Assembly: GCA_950097015.1 (NCBI GenBank)
Contig: CATNEN010000032.1
Location: 1,178,001-1,242,000, forward strand
DNA: 64,000 nucleotides
Reading direction: 5' to 3'
From: Macrostomum hystrix
Lineage: Eukaryota; Animalia; Platyhelminthes
Shown: positions 25,052 through 37,648 of the stretch, piece by piece
How positions within the stretch are numbered: position 1 is the stretch's first letter
How the letters are laid out: each line of letters starts with the position of its first letter
Position numbers and translations under genes: made by a program
The notes under the pieces: model-generated
Told to the model about the DNA's origin: nothing
The model's input: only the letters and a program-made list of their open reading frames with translations
Database searches by the model: none

Positions 25052-28000
25052 CTAGGACACAACTCGGGTCTCGCTGACGACTTTCTTGACCTCTTCTGGC
25101 GTCGCCTCCTTGTTGCTGAAGCTGCAGCGGATCTCGCGACCGTGTCGTCCCATCACCGGCCTGAAGTTGTCCACCATTGGCCGCTTCTTGGTCTTGTCAA
25201 AGAAGGTCTTTGTGAACTTCAGCAGCTGAAAGATGCAGTGAATGGTTCGCGTGTGTACCGGGTCAGTGTGTCTCGGGCTGTAAGAACTCCAAAACAAATA
25301 TTCACGCAGTGTCAGTCAGTTACCAGGTCTTTGCGGATCTTCATGGCCTCGGTGAAGATGTGCCACTGCGCCACCGGGTTGCAGCCGGGGGTGGTGAAGG
25401 CGCCGTCGTAGTTCACGAAGCGGTGCAGGCTCTCAGGCAGCAGATCGCGGAGCTGCAGCTCGACTGTCTCCACGTCTATTGGGTGCAATGGGAAACTGAT
25501 GTGCACCCGCTGTGGAATGGATTGCTAGCCTATGCGTGGCTGGTAGATGTGATGGAATGGATTGCTAGCCTATGCGTGGCTGGTAGATGTGATGGAATGG
25601 ATTGCTAGCCTATGCGTGGCTGGTAGATGTGATGGAATGGATTGCTAGCCTATGCGTGGCTGGTAGATGTGATGGAATGGATTGCTAGCCTATGCGTGGC
25701 TGGTAGATGTGATGGAATGGATTGCTAGCCTATGCGTGGCTGGTTGATTGGATGAATGGATTGCTAGTCGATTCAAACAATTGCTCACTCTTTGCCGAGA
25801 CCACAGCAGCGCCGTGGGACACCGGGACGTACAGCTCAGTCAAGTTCGACAGGACCTGGGCGATCACGTGACCAGCCCAGCCGTCGTGATCCTTGGGCTG
25901 GAAAATGAATTGGTGATGTGAAAATACGAGCGATTTTTTATGGAAAACCAGCCGGCAGTGAGCAGTGAGGAGGAGGCGGTGAGCAGTGAGGAGGCCAGCA
26001 GGCAGTGAGCAGAGAGGAGGCCAGCAGGCAGTGAGCAGTGAGGAGGAGGCGGTGAGCAGTGAGGAGGCCAGCAGGCAGTGAGCAGAGAGGAGGCCAGCAG
26101 GCAGTGAGCAGAGAGGAGGCCAGCAGGCAGTGAGCAGTGAGGAGGCCAGCAGGCAGTGAGCGGTGAGGAGGCCAGCAGGCAGTGAGCAGTGAGGAGGCCA
26201 GCAGGCAGTGAGCAGTGAGGAGGCCAGCAGGCAGTGAGCAGTGAGGAGGCCAGCAGGCAGTGAGCAGTGAGGAGGCCAGCAGGCAGTGAGCGGTGAGGAG
26301 GCCAGCAGGCAGTGAGCAGAGAGGAGGCCAGCAGGCAGTGAACGCGGCAGTCGTAGAGCTCAGGCGCCGCAGTGCCGCACCTGCATGGGGTGGATGAAGC
26401 CAGCCAGCACGGTGATGGCGTCGGTGGTGTCGATGGCCTTGGTCATGCTGAGCCCCAGCCGCTTGCACACAATGTGCACCTCCATTGGGGTGGGCAGTGG
26501 CTTGCCGGTGGCGTCGAACAGGCGGTGCTCGCTGCCGACGCCCTTCTCTACGTTGGCGGCGCTGCCCCAGTGGAAGTGGAACTGGAAGCAGTTGTAGGTG
26601 CCGTTCAGGTGGCCTCCGGTCACCGTCAGGTCGGCGCTGTTCACGGCGTCGGCTTGGACTGCGGGCGCGGCGGGGTTTGGTGGAAGTTTTTGACCGTTCT
26701 GATGCGTGACTTAAGATCCGTTACTTTTGATCCGTTACTTCTGGTCAGTTACTTCTGATCCGTTACTTCTGGTCCCTCTTTCTGATCCGTTATTTTTTTC
26801 CGTTACTTCGGCCCCGTTACTTCTTATAGGTTGTAACTGATCCGCTTATTATGCTTTCGTTTCTTTAGAATGGTCACAAATTTATTCTGTTCATTATTTC
26901 GTAGTTCTTTTAACCGAACTTACGTTACTTTTGGGTGTGATTGGCCGAGCGTTTAACGCGTCTTCCTCTCATGCCAAGGTCCCTGAGCTCGCGGATAGAA
27001 GGCTTGGGGGCTTGTCGTGCAGTTTACGCCCTTAAGGCCTTAATGTGAAAGTGTACACTGTCCGACGATGAGAAGGTCAGGGCAGATATGTACACACCTG
27101 TGTGAGTGAGTGCCTTTTACTTCTTGTTCGTCACTTTAGCAGCTTAATATGAGCTTGGCATTTTCAAAGTTTTCAAAGCTTCAAAAGCAGCTTACTCGAG
27201 TGTCCGTTATTCTTGACAATGAACTTTCTTTCGTCGTGCCAGCCCTTGCCTAGCTGGATCTTCTTCAGCTTCGCCGATTTGGCCTTGCAAACCTTCAGCT
27301 CGATGTTGATCGGCGAGGGCCTGTTGGCTGGCAGGTCCCTGCAGTAGGGGCTGATCTGCCACCATTTTTGCGGAGCTGGGAGGCAATTTTGATGGAATCG
27401 GTTGTTAAGAGGAAATCGCTAATTAGGTGACGAGGCATTGTGATAGCTTCTAAAAGGCATAGTTACTCGCTCACCGAATTCGCAGTGCGGTCCGTGCGCA
27501 TTCTCGTAGTCGTGATTGTAAACGAAGGACTTGGTGTCGCATGGAATGACTAAACAGATGGGTTTGTAATTGAAGGTAAGAATAATTAAAGTTATTCTAA
27601 TTCGCCATGCATTCCTTCGAATTCTTATCCATCGAATTCCAATCCATCGAATTCCAATCCATCGAATTCCAACCCATCGAATTCCAACCCATCGAATTCC
27701 AATCCATCGAATTCCAATCCATCGAATTCCAATCCATCGAATTCCAACCCATCGAATTCCAACCCATCGAATTCCAACCCATCGAATTCCAATCCATCGA
27801 ATTCCAACCCATCGAATTCCAACCCATCGAATTCCAATCCATCGAATTCCAACCCATCGAATTCTAATCCATCGAATTTCAATCCCTCGAATTTCAATCC
27901 CTCGAATTTCAATCCCTCGAATTCCAATCCATCGAATTCCAATATCTCCTCAAACGATACTCACTGGCGCAGTCAATTTTCCAAGAGGAGTCCAGGTCGT

Positions 28001-30621
28001 ACAGATGGGTCTCTGCCCAGCGCTCCAGCTTCAACCGGAACTCGCTGTGCCTGATGTAGTGTCGCGGATGCTTCGCCAACTGCAATCGGACGAAGCCGTT
28101 CTGCATCATCACTGCCTTGAAGCTCGAGGCGCTCTTGAACTCCTGGCTACCATCAGACTTAGACATCATGACGAAGTGGTCGGCAACGGTGTTGAGGTAG
28201 TAACCTGGCTTCTCCGCTGACTCGATGGACACAGCCCGGGGGTTGCCATTCAGGGCAGGCGTCACGAACTTGAACCTGGTGCCATTGCTGGTGCTGATGG
28301 TGGCCACCACGTCTGGGCCGGCCTTCACGGAGTACTTCGGATAGTTCAGCGATCGCAGATGGAACTCGCCGTCACAGACGTCCAGATGAAAGACTTTGTC
28401 TTATTGGTTCGTTGGGATATCAGGTAGTGGGACTTTAGGATTTGGTTATTTGAAACTGGCATGTCAGAACTCGGGATATTTAAAATTGTGATTTTTTAAA
28501 TTGGGATATTTGAAATTGGGATATTTGAAATTGGGATATTTGAAGTTGGGATATTTCAAATGGGATATTTGAAATTGGGATATTTGAAGTTGGGACATTC
28601 GAAATTGGGATATTTGAAATTGGGATATTTGATATTGGGATATTTGAAAATGGGATATTTGAAATTGGGATATTTGAAATTGGGATATATGAAATCGGGA
28701 TATTTGAAATTGGGATATTTGAAATTGGGATATTTGAAATGTTAATGCCGAATACTGGCTTATCAGCAAACGGGAATGCGGAAAACGGTGCATATTAATT
28801 CACCCACCGCTCGTGCAGATGAAGCTGAACATGGTATCCTCCTTGTACAGATTGGTGTCTGTCCATCTGATCAACTTCAGCTGAAATGACTGATGCCTCA
28901 GGTAGTGCCTAGTGTGAGTAGTACTCTTGAACCTGAAGTAGCCCTCAATGGCCTTCTCCAGAATGAAGGAGGCCTCCCTCTTAAACAGCTCGCTATTGTC
29001 GTTCTTCAACAGTTTCACAGTGTAATCCACGTTGCACAGAAAATATCCAGGAAATGACAGCGATTCAAGCGAGATGCCGCCAGCTGTGCCGTCCAGAGCG
29101 GCGCGCTCAACAAATCTGGTGCCATTGCCAATGGCGATGCCCATCACGCCGCTGCCCTTCTGGGTCAGGTAGTAGGTTGGGTAGTTGTACGAGTTGAAGA
29201 TCACCGCATTGGGACACATTCCTGGAATAGAAAATTTGGATTTTGTGAGAATTCATGTCTAATCCCAGTTGCAATCTGCTGCACACACTGCAATCTGCTG
29301 CACACACTGCAATCTGCAGCACACACTGCAATCTGCAGCACACACTGCAATCTGCAGCACACTCTGCAATCAGCTGCACACACTGCAATCTGCAGCACAC
29401 ACTGCAATCTGCAGCACACACTGCAATCTGCAGCACACTCTGCAATCAGCTGCACACACTGCAATCTGCAGCACACTCTGCAATCTGCTGCACACACTGC
29501 AATCTGCAGCACACACTGCAATCTGCAGCACACACTGCAATCTGCAGCACACTCTGCAATCAGCAGCACACACTGCAATCTGCAGCGCACACTGCAATCA
29601 GCAGCACACACTGCAATCTGCTGCACACACTGCAATCTGCTGCACACACTGCAATATGCAGCACACTCTGCAATCTGCTGCACACACTGCAATATGCAGC
29701 ACACACTGCAATCTGCAGCACACACTGCAATCTGCAGCACACTCTGCAATCAGCTGCACACACTGCAATCTGCAGCACACACTGCAATCTGCAGCACACA
29801 CTGCAATCTGCAGCACACTCTGCAATCAGCTGCACACACTGCAATCTGCAGCACACTCTGCAATCTGCTGCACACACTGCAATATGCAGCACACACTGCA
29901 ATCTGCAGCACACACTGCAATCTGCAGCACACTCTGCAATCAGCTGCACACACTGCAATCTGCAGCACACACTGCAATCTGCAGCACACACTGCAATCTG
30001 CAGCACACTCTGCAATCAGCTGCACACACTGCAATCTGCAGCACACTCTGCAATCTGCTGCACACACTGCAATCTGCAGCACACACTGCAATCTGCAGCA
30101 CACACTGCAATCTGCAGCACACTCTGCAATCAGCAGCACACACTGCAATCTGCAGCGCACACTGCAATCAGCAGCACACACTGCAATCTGCTGCACACAC
30201 TGCAATCTGCTGCACACACTGCAATCTGCTGCACACACTGCAATATGCAGCACACTCTGCAATCTGCTGCACACACTGCAATATGCAGCACACACTGCAA
30301 TCTGCTGCACACACTGCAATCTGCAGCACACACTGCAATCTGCTGCACACACTGCAATCTGCTGCACACACTGCAATCAGCAGCACACACTGCAATATGC
30401 AGCACACACTGCAATCTGCTGCACACACTGCAATCTGCTGCACACACTGCAATATGCTGCACACACTGCAATATTCAGCACACAGCACTGGCAGTAGCCA
30501 GTTTTGCACTTAATAAATTGCGCAGATGATTCATCATTAAAATCAAGACTTGCTTACTTTCAGACAGGGCAACTTGCGCGCCAGTCACCAGAATTAGCGC
30601 TGCCAGGATAGCAACTTGCAT
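25052..30621 (-). CDS. Secreted alpha-carbonic anhydrase A with two N-terminal AbfB/CBM42-like domains; 9 exons (30621-30558, 29221-28808, 28399-27965, 27549-27475, 27375-27196, 26658-26381, 25897-25789, 25475-25324, 25225-25052), 626 aa
   Basis: Signal peptide MQVAILAALILVTGAQVALSE, AbfB-like repeats (SLESLSFPGYFL...REASF, RHYLRHQ...KEDTMF), and CA motifs RPSPINI, NNGHS, QFHFHWG, GSEH, MEVHIV, YDGAFTTPGC, DNFRPV. All introns GT-AG and in phase; exon lengths identical to gene C. Confidence 0.88.
25515..25770. repeat. 40-bp minisatellite in CA-A intron 7 (inverted counterpart at about 42350-42650)
   Basis: ATTGCTAGCCTATGCGTGGCTGGTAGATGTGATGGAATGG tandem units. Confidence 0.9.
25950..26340. 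repeat. 26-bp minisatellite in CA-A intron 6 (inverted counterpart at about 41780-42170)
   Basis: GCAGTGAGCAGTGAGGAGGCCAGCAG units; the ORFs 25938-26468 (-) and 41651-42181 (+) translate identically. Confidence 0.9.
26933..27114 (+). mobile_element. tRNA-derived SINE-like element, copy 3 (internally shortened) in CA-A intron 5
   Basis: TGGCCGAGCGTTTAACGCG (A-box-like)...CCAAGGTCCCTGAGCTCG...AAGGCTTGGGGGCTTGTCGTG...GTCAGGGCAGAT...CACCTGTGTGAGTGAGTGCC. Confidence 0.7.
27615..27945. repeat. 15-bp minisatellite (CATCGAATTCCAATC) in CA-A intron 3
   Basis: Tandem array. Confidence 0.93.
28470..28742. repeat. 15-bp minisatellite (GGGATATTTGAAATT) in CA-A intron 2
   Basis: Tandem array. Confidence 0.93.
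29272..30482. repeat. 19-bp minisatellite (CACACACTGCAATCTGCAG) in CA-A intron 1
   Basis: Tandem array of about 63 copies; explains the many Cys/His-rich ORFs at 29100-30530. Confidence 0.95.
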
Positions 30622-31389
30622 GCTCGATAGTTTCAGGGAAATTATTCAGTTTAAAATTATACTTCTGCTTTGGGGATTTAAAGCTAACTAAGCCTAAAAG
30701 CCTAAAAAGCCTATTTCTAATTGCGCCCATTATAAATTTATATACTTGTAGATTTCAGTAGGTGGGGAGGTCGTGTTGTTTGCCAGCAGTCCGAAATGTG
30801 TTTTCGGGTTGCATTGAAGTGGCTTTCTTTGAAATATTTAATTAAACTGCCTCCCGATACCGAACCATCTAAGTGAAAGAATTTCTTTATTTCTCGAGGC
30901 AGACCATTGCACTACAGACACTGCCGAGAGTCGGATTAAACAATAAAACTGAGGCTGCCGCGCTGAATATTTTGATCGATGAATGGTCTCCTAGAAGAGG
31001 ACTTTGAGCACATCTGGCAGGCGCGGAGTGGCGCTCGAGTGTGAGAGATCATCCCCTCACTGGGGACATTCTGGAGGGTGGGGATTGGTAGCGACTACTT
31101 TAAACCCGTGCCATTGCAACTGAATGCTGCAGTCTTTGAAGTTGTTGGAGGCTCAGGGAGACAGCAGACAGGCAAATATTTCGTCCAATGCAAACAATCG
31201 TTTCAAATGGAATGCAGTTTTTTCACATTAATCGCCATTTTTGTAATCAAAATACCTTCCTTTTAATGATCTTCCTTACCCAGAATATCTAGAGATTCAT
31301 TTATGCAAAACCTTACTTCAATAGTGCCCTACATTATATAATTGAAAGCACGGATAGAATTAAGTCATTAATAAATGAGGTTCCTAGGG

Positions 31390-33800
31390 AATTCTATTCC
31401 TTCATTCAGTGTGCATAGATTAGCAATCCATTCTAATTCTTCATTCAGTGGGCATAGATTAGCAATCCATTCTAATCCTTCATTCAGTGGGCATAGATTA
31501 GCAATCCATTCTATTCCTTCATTCAGTGGACATAGATTAGCAATCCATTCTATTCCTTCATTCAGTGGGCATATATTAGCAATCCATTCTATTCCTTCAT
31601 TCAGTGGGCATAGATTAGCAATCCATTCTATTCCTTCATTCAGTGGGCATAGATTAGTAATCCATTCTATTCCTTCATTCAGTGGGCATAGATTAGCAAT
31701 CCATTCTATTCCTTCATTCAGTGGGCATAGATTAGCAATCCATTCTATTCCTTCATTCAGTGGGCATAGATTAGCAATCCATTCTATTCCTTCATTCAGT
31801 GGGCATAGATTAGCAATCCATTCTATTCCTTCATTGATCAGTGGGCATAGATTAGCAATCCATTCTAATCCTTCATTCAGTGGGCATAGATTAGCAATCC
31901 ATTCTATTCCTTCATTCAGTGGGCATAGATTAGCAATCCATTCTATTCCTTCATTGATCAGTGGGCATAGATTAGCAATCCATTCTAATCCTTCATTCAG
32001 TGGGCATAGATTAGCAATCCATTCTATTCCTTCATTCAGTGGGCATAGATTAGCAATCCATTCTATTCCTTCATTCAGTGGGCATAGATTAGCAATCCAT
32101 TCTATTCCTTCATTCAGTGGGCATAGATTAGCAATCCATTCTATTCCTTCATTCAGTGTGCATAGATTAGCAATCCATTCTATTCCTTCATTCAGTGTGC
32201 ATAGATTAGCAATCCATTCTATTCCTTCATTCAGTGTGCATAGATTAGCAATCCATTCTATTCCTTCATTCAGTGTGCATAGATTAGCAATCCATTCTAT
32301 TCCTTCATTCAGTGTGCATAGATTAGCAATCCATTCTATTCCTTCATTCAGTGTGCATAGATTAGCAATCCATTCTATTCCTTCATTCAGTGTGCATAGA
32401 TTAGCAATCCATTCTATTCCTTCATTCAGTGGGCATAGATTAGCAATCCATTCTATTCCTTCATTCAGTGAGCATAGATTAGCAATCCATTCTATTCCTT
32501 CATTGATCAGTGGGCATAGATTAGCAATCCATTCTATTCCTTCATTGATCAGTGGGCATAGATTAGCTATCCATTCTATTCCTTCATTCAGTGGGCATAG
32601 ATTAGCTATCCATTCTAATCCTTCATTCAGTGGGCATAGATTAGCAATCCATTCTATTCCTTCATTCAGTGGGCATAGATTAGCAATCCATTCTATTCCT
32701 TCATTCAGTGGGCATAGATTAGCAATCCATTCTATTCCTTCATTCAGTGGGCATAGATTAGCAATCCATTCTAATCCTTCATTCAGTGGGCATAGATTAG
32801 CAATCCATTCTATTCCTTCATTCAGTGGGCATAGATTAGCAATCCATTCTATTCCTTCATTCAGTGGGCATAGATTAGCAATCCATTCTATTCCTTCATT
32901 CAGTGGGCATAGATTAGCAATCCATTCTAATCCTTCATTCAGTGGGCATAGATTAGCAATCCATTCTATTCCTTCATTCAGTGGGCATAGATTAGCAATC
33001 CATTCTATTCCTTCATTCAGTGGGCATAGATTAGCAATCCATTCTATTCCTTCATTCAGTGGGCATAGATTAGCAATCCATTCTATTCCTTCATTCAGTG
33101 GGCATAGATTAGTAATCCATTCTATTCCTTCATTCAGTGGGCATAGATTAGCAATCCATTCTATTCCTTCATTCAGTGGGCATAGATTAGCAATCCATTC
33201 TATTCCTTCATTCAGTGGGCATAGATTAGCAATCCATTCTATTCCTTCATTGATCAGTGGGCATAGATTAGCTATCCATTCTATTCCTTCATTGATCAGT
33301 GGGCATAGATTAGCAATCCATTCTATTCCTTCATTCAGTGTGCATAGATTAGCAATCCATTCTATTCCTTCATTGATCAGTGGGCATAGATTAGCAATCC
33401 ATTCTATTCCTTCATTGATCAGTGGGCATAGATTAGCAATCCATTCTTTTCCTTCATTCAGTGGGCATAAATTAGCAATCCATTCTATTCCTTCATTGAT
33501 CAGTGGGCATAGATTAGCAATCCATTCTATTCCTTCATTCAGTGGGCATAGATTAGCAATCCATTCTATTCCTTCATTCAGTGGGCATAGATTAGTAATC
33601 CATTCTATTCCTTCATTGATCAGTGGGCATAGATTAGCAATCCATTCTATTCCTTCATTCAGTGGGCATAGATTAGCAATCCATTCTATTCCTTCATTCA
33701 GTGGGCATAGATTAGCAATCCATTCTATTTCTTCATTCAGTGGGCATAGATTAGCAATCCATTCTATTCCTTCATTCAGTGGGCATAGATTAGCAATCCA
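31390..33800. repeat. 39-bp minisatellite (CATTCAGTGGGCATAGATTAGCAATCCATTCTATTCCTT) with 42-bp variants, about 61 copies
   Basis: Tandem array between the CA-A start and the CA-B end. Confidence 0.97.
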
Positions 33801-34073
33801 TCATTGAAATCGTGAAATCGTAGCTCAGAACCTCTTAGCAATGTTCAATTTTGCGTTCAGTTCGCGTTCGGAAGGCAAAAAAAGCCAAGCTTACTAAACA
33901 ACAAGTTTAAAATAAAAGGAAAAGAGTTTCTAGGTATATTTCACCGCCACCGGCTTCGAACAAGCTCCGAGTTCAAAGTCTCAAATAGCTAAATCTTAAT
34001 CTTCAAGGCTCTACTAGAAGCTGAGCAGAGAGCAGCAATGATCTCAGTTAGTCTCAGGAGGGCCAGCGGCTTC

Positions 34074-37000
34074 CTATTCAGCCGGCTCTTCGATTGGCTC
34101 ATCGAACTCGCCAGCCGAGTCCATCAGTGAAGCCGAGTTGCCGAAGCTGCAGCGAATCTCGCGACCGTGCAGGCCCGTCACCGGCCTGAAGTTGTCCACC
34201 ATCGGCCGCTTCTTGGCCTCATCAAAAAATACCGACGTGAACTTCAGCATCTGCGGGGCGAGAGGGATGAGGACCTTGGAATCTGCCTGACTGTCTCACC
34301 TGTGTATCACACCCTCTGACTGTCTCACCTGTGTAGTACACCCACTGTCTATCTCACCTGTGTATCACACCCTCTGACTGTCTCACCTGTGTAGTACACC
34401 CACTGTCTATCTCACCTGTGTATCACACCCTCTGACTGTCTCACCTGTATAGTACACCCACTGACTATCTCACCTGTGTCTCACCTGTGTTTGTCAACCC
34501 CTTGTCTCACAACCCTTGCCTGTCTCTCGCCTCTCACCCCTCAGTCCTCAGCCTTAGCGCAAGCGCAGCAAGTATTTCTCACCAGCCGTTTGTCCACCCT
34601 AACGGGTTCGGTGAAAAGGTGCCACTGGACCACCGGGTTGCAGCCGGGTGTGGTTAGCGCGCCGTCGTAATTCACAAAACGATCGACCTTCTCCGGCAGT
34701 AGGTCGCGGAGCAGCAACTCAACAGGCGCGCCTAACATAGCAAAAGCAGGTGCTCATAAGTAAGGCCTTCTCAATCCAAAAAAATATTGACCGTGATCAT
34801 TGCTGCTTACGATCATCTGCGGTTGGCTCGCTTCCGTGAGGCACCGGTGCGTACAGGTGGCTCATGTCCGACAGAGCCTGGCCCAGTAGTCTACTAGTCA
34901 CAGTTTCCGGCTCCATATCCTGCAGTGGTAGTAGGGTCGGATTTAGTGAATTTTAGTGAAATTAGTGAATTTAGTGATTTAGTGCACAGTCATTAAGGCT
35001 CTTATGCCAGGCGAGGGGTTGTGTGTGCAGCGGAGGTGTGCAGTAATTAGGAATCTTATATCAAGTAAGGTGTTGAGCGTGTATAGTTACCCTCTGCGGC
35101 ACAATGAACGCGCCCAGCACAGCAATGGCATCCGGGGTGATCACGGCCTGTTGGAAGCTCATGTCCAGCCGCTTGCACACAATGTGCACCTCCATGGGGG
35201 TCGGCACCAGATTGCCGGCGGCGTCAAAAAGGCGGTGCTCACTGCCGATGCCCTTATCCATGTTGGCCGAGCTGCCCCAGTGCAGGTGGAACTGGACACA
35301 GTTGAATGTGGTCTTCAGGTGGCCTCCAGTGACTCTCAAGCCTTCGCTGTTCAAAGCGTCCGCCTGGACTGCAGTTTGGGAGAATAGGAGCTTGGCCTGT
35401 TCTAGTGCTTTAGACTGGTCTGTTCTAATCTAACAATAGACCCATGAGATCAATTAACCCATAACAACAATGGATCCGTGAGAACAATGGATCGGTGAGA
35501 ACAATGGATCCGTGAGAACAATGGATCCGTGAGAACAATGGATCCGTGAGAACAATGGACCCGTGAGAACAATAGATCTGTGAGAACAATGGATCCGTGA
35601 GAACAATGGACCCGTGAGAACAATGGATCCGTGAGAACAATAGATCCGTGAGAACAATGGACCCGTGAGAACAATGGACCCGTGAGAACAATGGATACGT
35701 GAGAACAATGGATCCGTGAGAACAATGGACCCGTGAGAACAATGGATCCGTGAGAACAATAGATCCGTGAGAACAATAGATCCGTGAGAATAATCAACCC
35801 GTGAGAACAATGGATCCGTGAGAACAATGGATCCGTGAGAATAATCAACCCATGAGAACAATGGACCCGTGAGAACAATGGATCCGTGAGAACAATAGAT
35901 CCGTGAGAACAATGGACCCGTGAGAACAATGGATCCGTGAGAACAATGGATCCGTGAGAACAATGGATCCGTGAGAACAATGGACCCGTGAGAACAATGG
36001 ATCCGTGAGAACAATGGACCCGTGAGAACAATGGACCCGTGAGAACAATGGATCCGTGAGAACAATGGATCCGTGAGAACAATGGATCTGTGAGAACAAT
36101 AGATCCGTGAGAACAATAGATCTGTGAGAACAATGGATCCGTGAGAACAATGGACCCGTGAGAACAATGGATCCGTGAGAACAATAGATCCGTGAGAACA
36201 ATGGACCCGTGAGAACAATGGACCCGTGAGAACAATGGATCCGTGAGAACAATGGATCCGTGAGAACAATGGACCCGTGAGAACAATGGATCCGTGAGAA
36301 CAATAGATCCGTTAGAACAATAGATCCGTGAGAATAATCAACCCGTGAGAACAATGGATCCGTGAGAACAATGGATCCGTGAGAATAATCAACCCGTGAG
36401 AACAATGGACCCGTGAGAACAATGGATCCGTGAGAACAATAGATCCGTGAGAACAATGGACCCGTGAGAACAATGGATCCGTGAGAACAATGGATCCGTG
36501 AGAACAATGGATCCGTGAGAACAATGGACCCGTGAGAACAATGGATCCGTGAGAACAATGGACCCGTGAGAACAATGGACCCGTGAGAACAATGGATCCG
36601 TGAGAACAATAGATCCGTGAGAACAATAGATCCGTGAGAACAATGGACCCGTGAGAACAATGGACCCGTGAGAACAATGGATCCGTGAGAACAATAGATC
36701 CGTGAGAACAATGGACCCGTGAGAACAATGGATCCGTGAGAACAATGGATCCGTGAGAACAATGGACCCGTGAGAACAATGGATCCGTGAGAACAATAGA
36801 TCCGTGAGAACAATGGACCCGTGAGAACAATGGACCCGTGAGAACAATGGATCCGTGAGAACAATAGATCCGTGAGAACAATAGATCCGTGAGAACAATG
36901 GACCCGTGAGAACAATGGACCCGTGAGAACAATGGATCCGTGAGAACAATAGATCCGTGAGAACAATAGATCCGTGAGAATAATCAACCCGTGAGAACAA

Positions 37001-37648
37001 TTTCCCAGTTCCCACTGGTAAATGGTCAAGACAGCATTTGTAATAAAAAGCAGCCCTTACTTGAATGCCCATTGTTCTTCACAAAGAACTTTGTCCTGCC
37101 CAGCCAGCTGGCGCTGAACTGCAGCGGCCGGAGTGCGGGCGACTTGGACTGACAGGCGCTGAGGCCAATGTTGATTGGCGATGGTCGGTTGGCCCTCGAA
37201 TCGGCGCACTTTGCATTGATTTGTGCCCAATTGGCTGGTGCTGCATAGTCAGGAAGTCTTTGAAAAATCACAACTTGGCTTATTTAGTTTGGAATCTAGA
37301 GCAATTTTCAACTCACCAAACTCGCAATGTCCACCGTGCTGGTTCTCGTAGGCTCGCTGGTACACAAACGACTTTGAGGTACAGCTTCGCACGCCTGGGT
37401 TCCATAAAATAGTAAAAACTAGGCGAAAATTAAATGTTCTCCAAGGTGAGGTTGGGGTGCCAACAATGAAACATCACTTACAACACTTAGTAAACTCAAG
37501 CGTACAAACTCTGCGCTCAAAATACCTTTGTACACAAGTACGTGCATGTTCATAATTAGAACACATCAATTTGATTGGATCTTTCCAACTTACTTCTGGC
37601 CATCGAGGCTCCAGAACAGGACAGGATGAGCAGTAACCAGAGTAGCAT
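34074..37648 (-). CDS. Secreted alpha-carbonic anhydrase B without AbfB domains; 7 exons (37648-37594, 37394-37317, 37240-37061, 35368-35091, 34919-34811, 34731-34583, 34250-34074), 341 aa
   Basis: Signal peptide MLLWLLLILSCSGASMAR, then SCTSKSFVY...HCEF, RPSPINI, NNGHS, QFHLHWG, GSEH, MEVHIV, YDGALTTPGC, DNFRPV. Exon sizes 180/278/109 match genes A and C. Confidence 0.88.
34288..34480. repeat. About 29-bp alternating minisatellite (CTGTCTCACCTGTGTATCACACCCTCTGA-like) in the last CA-B intron
   Basis: Tandem units. Confidence 0.85.
35460..37000. repeat. 17-bp minisatellite (CCGTGAGAACAATGGAT) in CA-B intron 3, about 90 copies
   Basis: Tandem array; explains the SHGSIVLTDPLF-type ORFs. Confidence 0.97.

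Larger units (their letters stand above)
25052..26730 (-). repeat. Left arm of a ~1.7 kb near-identical inverted duplication (right arm about 41390-43110)
   Basis: Exons 6-9 and the introns between them match in reverse complement with only a few substitutions. Confidence 0.92.

Noticed and set aside
29107-30529. Cys- or His-rich ORFs resembling metallothionein or histidine-rich proteins
   Set aside because: Six-frame translations of a 19-bp intronic array.
35425-37072. Long SHGSIVLTDPLFSRIHC ORFs
   Set aside because: 17-bp intronic array in CA-B.
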